Source: Acidimicrobiales bacterium (GTDB taxonomy: Bacteria > Actinomycetota > Acidimicrobiia > Acidimicrobiales > Iamiaceae). From it: 64,000 bases of DNA. The translations under genes and the position numbers were made by a program. The notes beneath the pieces are model-generated. The model ran no database searches. It was given only the letters and a program-made list of their open reading frames with translations, and was not told the DNA's origin. Where the stretch lies: NCBI GenBank assembly GCA_046594195.1, contig JBKJPY010000030.1:5839-69838 (forward strand). The letters run 5' to 3'. Each line of letters opens with the position of its first letter. Position 1 is the stretch's first letter. This document shows positions 56,687 to 64,000 of the stretch, piece by piece.

Positions 56687-58690
56687 TCAACCTCCTGCCC
56701 ACGTGGGGACGACCTCGGCGAGTTCCTGCGCGCTCAGCACGCGCAGTTCGAACACATCATCCTCGTTCACGATGTCGGCGGGAAGGGCAGCCTGCAACTC
56801 GGCGACTTGATCCGGGTCGAACTCAGGTGACTCGTAGTACCCGTCGGCGAGCAGGCCGAGGAACGCCTGGTCCGTGAGTACCGCCTCCGGTTCGGTCCCG
56901 ATCGCGGCCATCACGCCCCGCACGTAGTCGCGCACCTCAGGCGCATACCGGGCCGCGAGCAACGGCTCGGCCCGATCGCTCGGGGACGCGGGCGCCGAGC
57001 GCGCCGCTTCGGCCAGCGGCTCCACCAGGGGCCGCAGGTCCTCGTTCATGTCGACGCGTGCGATCGTGCGGCCCGGTCCATCGGGGACGTCGCCGCGCCC
57101 CGAGACGAGCACCATCACCAGGTCCCCGGGGTCGTCGCCGGGCTCCAGCACCCGCTTGGCCCCCCACGCTGGCACCCGCTGCTCGGGCAGCACCGTGGGG
57201 TGGCCGTTCGCTTCCAACTGCAGCGCGACCGCCGACCCCGCGGCCAGCACCGCCGACCGACCGCGCAGGACGATCGTCACCCGCTCCGCTCCTGTCCGAT
57301 CCGCCTCGGCGACGGCCGCATCGCTCATCGTCCGCATCGCGTCGAAGCCCGCCTGGTCGCGCCGTTCGTCGTCGAAGCCGGCGGTGGCGACGGCGCCGAT
57401 CGCCGGGATCACCATGAGCACCACGGCGAGTGCCGGAGCGAGGCGGGGCAGCGCGGCCGGCACGCGCCGGTCGCGACGAGCGAGCAGGGCTCGCGCTGCC
57501 GAGGCGCCCGCCCAACCGAGGGCTATCCACGACAGCCAGGCCACGACGAAGGCCCACCGGTAGAAGTTGACCCGGAAGGCCTCGACCGAATCCGGCACGG
57601 CGCTGCCGTTGGAGGTGCCGGCAGCCGCCAGCACCAGGGCCGTGAGGGCGAGCAGGGAGAGGGTGCGGCGACGCGTCCACATGACGACGACGGTGGCCAC
57701 CAGGGCGGCATAGCTCGCGACGGCGGTGACCACCTCGAGCGCGGACAGCGGGCCGTTGAAGAAGGTGTCGCCGCGCAGGTCCGATCGGAGCAGCAGCGGC
57801 GGGAACCCCACGGCACGGATCGCCTGACGCAGCGCCGGCACCCAGCCCAGCGGCACGGTGTCGGAGGTGCGCGCGTAGTGGATGATCGCCGAGAGGTTGC
57901 CGTCATCGCCCGTGACCTGCTGCCACAGGACCGGAGCCCACAGGACGAGCACGACACCCACGGCTCCCAGCGCCCACGGCCAGAGGCGCGGGCCGCTGGT
58001 CTGACTGCGACGGCGCCGCACGAGGGACCGCGCGACCGCGGCGGCAACCGCGAGGGCGATGAGCCCACCCGCCGGCAGGGCGATCGCCAGGTGCTGCTGC
58101 ACGACCCACGAGGCAAACACCGCACCGAGGGGCAGGAGCCGGATGTCGCCGTCGGCCACCGCCCAGGCCAGCGCCGCGAGGGCCAGCAGCGCCATCGCCC
58201 CGGCATTGGAGGAGATGGGGTCGCTCAAGATCGCAGTCCCCTCGCTCCACAGGACGCCGGCCATCAACACCATCGCCCAGCCGGCGACGGTGGGCCCGGC
58301 ACGGCGCAGCACCACCCAGGCGGCCACGAGCACCCCGGCGAGGTTGAACGCCAGCGCGCCGACGATCATCCCGACGGCCGGACCGAGGACCCGCAGCGGG
58401 ATGGCCAGCCAGTAGAACTCGATCGGCCCCGGATGCGCGGTGCCCGCCTCGGGGCCGTAGAGGTGGCTCGTGCTCGGCTGGCCGACCAGAGGACGTTCGG
58501 CGGTGAACACGTCGTGGGCTCGCAGCCCGATGAGGGCGTCGTCGCCACTTGGGATCCACTGCACATGGATGGCCCGCACCGCGCTGGCACCAAAGGGCAC
58601 GAGCACGAGCACCACCATCGCCGCGGCCACCAGCGCCTGGCGACGGGACAGGTCTCGCAGCCGGTGCACGGGCGCGAAGCCTACGGCCAC
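56687..58690 (-). CDS. Multi-TM protein, possibly a GT-C (ArnT/PMT-like) glycosyltransferase
   Basis: An acidic pair in the first loop (SGDDALI), HPGP..FYWLA, many TM helices, and a C-terminal soluble domain. Confidence 0.5.
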   Translation of the reverse strand: MAVGFAPVHRLRDLSRRQALVAAAMVVLVLVPFGASAVRAIHVQWIPSGDDALIGLRAHDVFTAERPLVGQPSTSHLYGPEAGTAHPGPIEFYWLAIPLRVLGPAVGMIVGALAFNLAGVLVAAWVVLRRAGPTVAGWAMVLMAGVLWSEGTAILSDPISSNAGAMALLALAALAWAVADGDIRLLPLGAVFASWVVQQHLAIALPAGGLIALAVAAAVARSLVRRRRSQTSGPRLWPWALGAVGVVLVLWAPVLWQQVTGDDGNLSAIIHYARTSDTVPLGWVPALRQAIRAVGFPPLLLRSDLRGDTFFNGPLSALEVVTAVASYAALVATVVVMWTRRRTLSLLALTALVLAAAGTSNGSAVPDSVEAFRVNFYRWAFVVAWLSWIALGWAGASAARALLARRDRRVPAALPRLAPALAVVLMVIPAIGAVATAGFDDERRDQAGFDAMRTMSDAAVAEADRTGAERVTIVLRGRSAVLAAGSAVALQLEANGHPTVLPEQRVPAWGAKRVLEPGDDPGDLVMVLVSGRGDVPDGPGRTIARVDMNEDLRPLVEPLAEAARSAPASPSDRAEPLLAARYAPEVRDYVRGVMAAIGTEPEAVLTDQAFLGLLADGYYESPEFDPDQVAELQAALPADIVNEDDVFELRVLSAQELAEVVPTWAGG

Positions 58691-58703
58691 CCCGGGACGG
58701 TGA

Positions 58704-59507
58704 TCAGCCGGCGAACGGATCAGCGAAGGGGTCGGCCAACGGATCCGCCGTCGCGGGGACCGACGGCTCGTCCTCGCCCGCCGGCAGGTACGCCGCGTAG
58801 CCGTCGGTCTCGAGCTCGTCGGCCAGCTCCGGACCGCCGGTCTTCACGATCCGGCCCTTGGCCAAGATGTGGACCACATCAGGCTTCAGCTCGCGCAGCA
58901 GGCGCGTGTAGTGCGTGATGGCGAGCACGCCGAGGCCGTCCTCCGTGGTGGCCTGCTCGACCCGTCGGGAGCAGGCCCGCAGCGCGTCGACGTCCAGGCC
59001 CGAGTCGAGCTCGTCGAGGATGGCGATCTTGGGTGCCAGCACGCCCAGCTGGAGGGTCTCGTTGCGCTTCTTCTCGCCGCCGGACAGGTCCACGTTGAGG
59101 TCCCGGCCGAGGAAGCGCTCGGCGAACCCGATGCGCTCGGCTTCGGCGACCATCGTGGTGCGGAGCCCGTCGGTGCTCCGGCCGCCGGCGGTGAACGACG
59201 CCGAGAGCACGGCTTCGACCGACACGCCAGGGACCTCGGTCGGGTACTGCAGGGCGAGGAAGAGCCCGGCCTGGGCTCGCTCCCAGGTGTCCATCGCCAA
59301 CACGTCGACCCCGTCGAGCGTGACCGAACCGCCGGTCACCTCGTAGCCGGGGCGGCCGAGGATCACGTGCGACAGCGTGGACTTGCCCGATCCGTTCGGA
59401 CCCATGACGGCGTGCACCTCGCCCGAGCGGACGACGAGGTCGATCCCCAGGAGGATCTCCTTGCCGTCGACCCCGGCACGCAGGCCTTCGATCACCAGTT
59501 CAGACAT
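58704..59507 (-). CDS. sufC: Fe-S assembly ATPase SufC (copy 2)
   Basis: MGPNGSGKST, FLALQYP, LSGGEKKRNE, LDELDSGLD.DAL, and THY.R. Confidence 0.93.
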   Translation of the reverse strand: MSELVIEGLRAGVDGKEILLGIDLVVRSGEVHAVMGPNGSGKSTLSHVILGRPGYEVTGGSVTLDGVDVLAMDTWERAQAGLFLALQYPTEVPGVSVEAVLSASFTAGGRSTDGLRTTMVAEAERIGFAERFLGRDLNVDLSGGEKKRNETLQLGVLAPKIAILDELDSGLDVDALRACSRRVEQATTEDGLGVLAITHYTRLLRELKPDVVHILAKGRIVKTGGPELADELETDGYAAYLPAGEDEPSVPATADPLADPFADPFAG

Positions 59508-59839
59508 CAGGAGGTCCCTTCGGCGTCATCGATCTCGACGAAGACCTCGCCGGCGTCCACCCATGCCCGGTACACCGGCACCGGCCGGGTGGCGGGGAAC
59601 ACGTCGGGCTCACCGGTCTCGAGCGAGAACGAGCTGCCGTGCTTCCAGCACTCGATGTGGCACGTCTCGGCGTCGACCTCGCCCTCGGACAAGGAGATGT
59701 CCTGGTGGGTGCAGGTGTCGCCGATGACGTAGACCGATCCGTCGATGCGGATGACCGCGAGCCGGTGGCCGCGGACGTCGAAGCGCTGGGCCTCGCCGTC
59801 CACGAGCACCTCGAGGGGGGCGATCGGGTGGACGCTCAT
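59507..59839 (-). CDS. Rieske-type ferredoxin
   Basis: CTH...ECWKHG (CxH/CxxH). Overlaps the sufD stop and the sufC start. Confidence 0.92.
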   Translation of the reverse strand: MSVHPIAPLEVLVDGEAQRFDVRGHRLAVIRIDGSVYVIGDTCTHQDISLSEGEVDAETCHIECWKHGSSFSLETGEPDVFPATRPVPVYRAWVDAGEVFVEIDDAEGTS

Positions 59840-61083
59840 CGCAGGTCCTCCGCCACGCGGTCGAGCTTCTCGGAGATGCGCTGGCCGACCTCGGCCACCA
59901 GGGCGTCGCCGGGAAGCTGACGGACGACCTCGTCGAAGAAGCCGGCGACGATCAGCCGGTCCGCGATGGTGGGCGGGACGCCGCGGCTCTCCAGGTAGAA
60001 GCGCTGCTCCGGATCGACCGGGCCGACGGTGGAAGCGTGGCTGCAGCGCACGTCGTTGGTCTCGATCTCCAGGTTGGGGACCGACTCGGCCCAGGCGTCG
60101 TCGGAGAGCTTGACGTTGCGGTTGGTCTGGAAGGCGTTGGTGCCCCGGGCGTCCTTGCTCACCTTGATGAGGCCCGTGTACACCGACCGGCTGCGCCCGC
60201 CGACCGCACCCTTGAAGAGCAGGTTGGAGGTGGTGTCGGGCGCATCGTGGTGCTGGAACGTCCGGAAGTCGAGGGTCTGGTCGCCGTCGCCGAAGTAGGC
60301 GGCGAGCAGGTCCCCGGTGCCGCCGCGGCCCGAGAGGCGGCAGTCGGTGCGCACCCGGGCGTAGGCGCCGCCTAGGCCGATGAGCCCGACGCGCAGGTGC
60401 GCCTCCTGCCCGACGTCGGCAACGAGGGACCCGAGCTGCCAGGCCGACGAGCCGAGCTGCTGGATGGCGACGAAGTCCAGCCGGCCTCCCCGCTCCACCC
60501 GCAGCTCGGTGAGCGGGACGGAGAGCAGATCGTCGTCGGTGGAGGTGGTGCGGTCGATGACGGCGGCCGATGCGCCTGCGCCCACGAGGACGACGAGCCG
60601 GGGGAACCCGGCTGCGCCGGAACCGGCGAGGTGGGTCCCCACCACGAGCGGTTCGGTCAGTTGTACGCCCCGGGGCACGGTGACGACCACCGGATCGGCG
60701 CTGAAGGCGTCGTTGAGGGCGCCGAACACGTCGGGGCCGCCCTCGGAGACCGATCCGATGCCGGTGGTGTCGTCGGTCAGGTCCGCGGCCCGACGGACCG
60801 AAACGCCCTTGGTCGCCCACTCCTCCGGGATGGAGAGGTCGACCGTAACGGCATCGACGGTGGGCGTGAAGGATTCCAGGTCCAGTTCGGCGATCCGGCT
60901 GTAGCGCCAGACCTCCTCCTGGGCGCTCGGCAGCGTCGACGCGGCGAACCCATCGGCGGCGGCGGCTCGACGACCCTGCAGCCACTCCGGTCCGGCCAGC
61001 GCCGTGGCCGCATCAACAGTGAAAGCGCTCAGGGGAACGGGCCTTTGCTCGAAGGAGGACGAGGGTAGAACGCAGGGGCTCAC
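59836..61083 (-). CDS. sufD: Fe-S assembly protein SufD; start uncertain (possibly CTG 61032)
   Basis: EEVWRYS, FRTFQHH.AP.T.S..LFKG, AFQTNRN..LS, P.LEIE..DV.CSHASTVG, and FYL.SRG. Confidence 0.92.
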   Translation of the reverse strand: MSPCVLPSSSFEQRPVPLSAFTVDAATALAGPEWLQGRRAAAADGFAASTLPSAQEEVWRYSRIAELDLESFTPTVDAVTVDLSIPEEWATKGVSVRRAADLTDDTTGIGSVSEGGPDVFGALNDAFSADPVVVTVPRGVQLTEPLVVGTHLAGSGAAGFPRLVVLVGAGASAAVIDRTTSTDDDLLSVPLTELRVERGGRLDFVAIQQLGSSAWQLGSLVADVGQEAHLRVGLIGLGGAYARVRTDCRLSGRGGTGDLLAAYFGDGDQTLDFRTFQHHDAPDTTSNLLFKGAVGGRSRSVYTGLIKVSKDARGTNAFQTNRNVKLSDDAWAESVPNLEIETNDVRCSHASTVGPVDPEQRFYLESRGVPPTIADRLIVAGFFDEVVRQLPGDALVAEVGQRISEKLDRVAEDLR

Positions 61084-61153
61084 CGCCCCGACGACCAGCG
61101 GTCCATCCTACTGGCGCGCCCCCGACGGCCACCACCCCTGGCAGACTGCTCCC

Positions 61154-61531
61154 ATGCCGATGCGGGAAGAATGCAAGTTCTTCGAGTCCCGGACTTACGC
61201 CAACGGCGAGACGGTCCGGAAGTGCGACCTCGACCTCGCGCCCGAGGCTCCATGGCGCTGCCCCGATGACTGCAAGGGCTACCAGCGCCGGCTCGCCGAC
61301 GTGAACTGGCAGCACGGGACGTTGGTCACCCCCGCCACGCCGCCGGAACCGCCGGGGCTCGACGAGCGCGGCGATGAGATCGCGGCCCTCCTCGACGAGG
61401 CGGAGGACATCATCAACGCTGCGGGGCCGAGGATCATGGCGGAGGTCGAGGCCGAGCAGGGCCGCAGCGCATCGACCGGCATCACCGGCAAGATCGGCCG
61501 GCTCTTCCGCCGAAGGCCCAAGGGCAGCTGA
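61154..61531 (+). CDS. Small four-Cys hypothetical protein
   Basis: MPMREECKFFESRTY...RKCDLDLAPEAPWRCPDDC.., giving C-x16-C-x11-C-x3-C. Confidence 0.78.
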   Translation: MPMREECKFFESRTYANGETVRKCDLDLAPEAPWRCPDDCKGYQRRLADVNWQHGTLVTPATPPEPPGLDERGDEIAALLDEAEDIINAAGPRIMAEVEAEQGRSASTGITGKIGRLFRRRPKGS

Positions 61532-61590
61532 CCTTCCCTGACGTGCGGGTTTGGCCCTGGGTCACCTCCGCTCCGTAGCCTCGGGCGGGC

Positions 61591-62514
61591 GTGAACTCCG
61601 CCCTGTACGAGACCTTCACCCGTGACGAGTGGCGCGCACGCCGAGCGGCCACGCCGCTGACCCTCGACGCCAACGACCTCGACGAGCTGCGCGGCCTCAA
61701 CGAGGCGCTCGACCTCGACGAAGTGGAGTCGGTCTACCTGCCCCTGTCCCGGCTGGTGAACCTGCACGTCGCCGCCGTGCGCGGCCGCCAGGATGCCACC
61801 CAGGTCTTCCTCGACCGGACCCAGGACCGGGTCCCCTACGTCATCGGCGTCGCCGGCAGCGTCGCCGTCGGCAAGAGCACCACGGCCCGCGTGCTGCGCG
61901 CCCTGCTCGCCCGCTGGCCCGACCACCCCCGCGTCGACCTGGTCACCACCGACGGCTTCCTCTACCCCAACGCCGAACTCGAGAAGCGGGGGCTGCTCGG
62001 CCGCAAGGGGTTCCCCGAAAGCTACGACGTCCGCCGCCTGCTCGGATTCCTCCGGGGCGTCAAGTCTGGCGAGGACGACATGCGAGCGCCGACGTACTCG
62101 CACCTGACCTACGACGTGCTCCCACCCGAGCACGACATCGTGGTCCGTACCCCCGACATCCTCATCGTGGAGGGCCTCAACGTGCTCCAGGTGAGCCGCG
62201 GCACCACCACCTTCGTCTCGGACTTCTTCGACCTCTCCATCTACGTCGATGCCGATGTCGAGGACGTGCGGCGCTGGTACATCGAGCGCTTCCACACGCT
62301 GCGGCGCACGGTCTTTACCCGGCCTGACTCGTACTTCCAGCGCTACGCCGAGCTGTCCGAGGACGAGGCCACCGAGACCGCCCGCCAGATCTGGAAGGAC
62401 ATCAACGAGCGGAACCTCGTCGCCAACATCGAGCCGACCCGCGACCGTGCCGACGTCATCCTCCGCAAGGCTGCCGACCACCACGTCGACGAAGTGCGCC
62501 TCCGCCGCATCTGA
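61591..62514 (+). CDS. coaA: Type I pantothenate kinase
   Basis: [38 protein letters not shown], and DFFD.SIYVDA. Confidence 0.97.
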   Translation: MNSALYETFTRDEWRARRAATPLTLDANDLDELRGLNEALDLDEVESVYLPLSRLVNLHVAAVRGRQDATQVFLDRTQDRVPYVIGVAGSVAVGKSTTARVLRALLARWPDHPRVDLVTTDGFLYPNAELEKRGLLGRKGFPESYDVRRLLGFLRGVKSGEDDMRAPTYSHLTYDVLPPEHDIVVRTPDILIVEGLNVLQVSRGTTTFVSDFFDLSIYVDADVEDVRRWYIERFHTLRRTVFTRPDSYFQRYAELSEDEATETARQIWKDINERNLVANIEPTRDRADVILRKAADHHVDEVRLRRI

Positions 62515-62570
62515 CCGGCGTCGCTGCTCATCCCCTGCAGGGCCACCTCTGCCCTGGTATCCATGCCCCC

Positions 62571-63356
62571 ATGGCGAGCATCGAAGACACCGGCCCCATC
62601 GGCACCGTCGGCGCATGCTGGCGCTACCCGGTGAAGTCGCTCCAGGGGGCGACCGCCGACCGGCTGGTGGTCGACCCTTCCGGCGTGGTCGGCGACCGCT
62701 CCCACGCGGTCATCGACCCGGCACGTGGACACCTCCTGTCGGCGAAGCGGGTGTCAGCGCTGCTCGATGGGTTCGCGACAGACGAACGCATCACCTTCCC
62801 CGATGGCCAGGTGCTGCGGTTCGACGATCCCGCGATCGACGAGGTCCTCTCGGCGTGGCTGGGCCGGACCGTCCACCTCGCCGAAGAGGAAGAGGCGGGC
62901 GAGCGGTCCTACGAGATGACGTTCGACCCGCCGAACGACGATGCCGAGTACTACGAGATCCCCGCGCCCGCCGGAACCTTCTTGGATCTGGCGCCGCTGC
63001 ACGTGATCACGACCGCCACGCTTGCCGGCTGCGCGGCCGCCCGGCCCGACCTGGACTGGGACGTCCGCCGGTTCCGACCCAACCTCGTCCTCGATGTGGA
63101 CATCGAGCCGTTCGGCGAACAGGCGTGGGTCGGCCGGCAGGTGGCGATCGGCGACGTGGTCCTCACGGTCGACAGCCCGACCGTCCGCTGCGCCATGCCC
63201 CTGCGGGCCCAGCCGGGCGGCCTGGACCGGGAGCCCGCGCTGTTCCAGGCCATGAGCGACCTGAACGAGGCCTTCCCGAACCACCTCGGCCTCTACTGCT
63301 CCGTCACCGAACCCGGCACGGTGGCCGTGGGCGACCCGGTGAGCCTGATCAGCTGA
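62571..63356 (+). CDS. MOSC domain protein
   Basis: WRYPVKSL.G, GDR, RRFRPN, RC, and G.Y..V..PG.V..GD. Confidence 0.9.
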   Translation: MASIEDTGPIGTVGACWRYPVKSLQGATADRLVVDPSGVVGDRSHAVIDPARGHLLSAKRVSALLDGFATDERITFPDGQVLRFDDPAIDEVLSAWLGRTVHLAEEEEAGERSYEMTFDPPNDDAEYYEIPAPAGTFLDLAPLHVITTATLAGCAAARPDLDWDVRRFRPNLVLDVDIEPFGEQAWVGRQVAIGDVVLTVDSPTVRCAMPLRAQPGGLDREPALFQAMSDLNEAFPNHLGLYCSVTEPGTVAVGDPVSLIS

Positions 63357-63362
63357 CCAAGG

Positions 63363-64000
63363 TCAGCCGACCGAGCCCTCCATCTGGAGCTCGATGAGGC
63401 GGGACCACTCGACGGCGTACTCCATCGGGAGGGTCTTGGTGACCGGCTCGATGAAGCCGTTGACGACCATGCCCATGGCTTGGTCCTCGGACAGGCCGCG
63501 GCTCATCAGGTAGAAGAGCTGCTCGTCGGCGACCTTCGAGACGGTGGCCTCGTGGCCGATGACGGCATCTCGGGCGCCGACCTCCATGTAGGGGTAGGTG
63601 TCCGAGACCGACTCGTCATCGAGGATCAGCGCGTCGCACTGCACGTGGCTCTTGCAGCCGTAGGCATCGTCCTCGACCCGGATGAGGCCGCGGTACGAGG
63701 TGCGGCCGCCGTCCTTGGAGATGGACTTCGACACGATCTTGGAGGTGGTCTCCGGTGCGGCGTGGACCATCTTGGAGCCGGTGTCTTGGTGCTGGCCGGC
63801 GCCGGCGTAGGCGACGGAGAGGACCTCGCCCGAGGCCTTGGGCCCGACGAGCCACACGGCCGGGTACTTCATGGTGAGGCGGCTACCGATGTTGCCGTCG
63901 ATCCACTCCATGTGGCCCTCGGCTTCGACCCGCGCCCGCTTGGTGACGAGGTTGAAGACGTTGTTCGACCAGTTCTGGATGGTCGTGTAGGTCACCCGCG
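63363..64000 (-). CDS. sufB: Fe-S assembly protein SufB (3' part; 5' end outside the window)
   Basis: [43 protein letters not shown], and EYA.E..RLIEL.MEGSVG. Confidence 0.97.
   Translation of the reverse strand, partial: RVTYTTIQNWSNNVFNLVTKRARVEAEGHMEWIDGNIGSRLTMKYPAVWLVGPKASGEVLSVAYAGAGQHQDTGSKMVHAAPETTSKIVSKSISKDGGRTSYRGLIRVEDDAYGCKSHVQCDALILDDESVSDTYPYMEVGARDAVIGHEATVSKVADEQLFYLMSRGLSEDQAMGMVVNGFIEPVTKTLPMEYAVEWSRLIELQMEGSVG

Noticed and set aside
61154-61531. WhiB-family assignment for the four-Cys protein
   Set aside because: The Cys spacing differs from WhiB (C-x19-22-C-x2-C-x5-C) and the G(V/I)WGG turn is absent.

Overview
High-GC actinobacterial chromosome segment. The lineage is probably Acidimicrobiia, inferred from gene content and style rather than a database search. 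No rRNA, tRNA, CRISPR array or intact transposase was found. Region 1-29 kb is a steroid/lipid side-chain catabolism cluster: a KstR-like TetR repressor, six KstR-type operators (TnnAACnnGTTnnA), fadD19, echA19, fadE26/fadE27, other acyl-CoA dehydrogenases and ligases, a WS/DGAT, a CYP124-like P450 and a Liv-type (HAAT) ABC transporter. It is interleaved with an Fe3+ ABC transporter, two SAM methyltransferases and a QueC-like PP-loop protein. Region 29-43 kb holds an ATP-grasp/alpha-E/transglutaminase module, a glucosaminidase, vapBC, an MBL hydrolase and an unexplained four-gene operon (two secreted proteins plus two GNATs). Region 42-64 kb holds msrAB, a SUF system split into two converging parts with two sufC copies, lon, coaA and a MOSC protein. 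It also holds a second Liv-type transporter whose two ATPase domains are fused in one 996-aa ORF to a spinster-like MFS carrier, which is the most unusual item in the window. Many genes appear leaderless. Start codons were re-chosen by eye where the ORF track overextends them.
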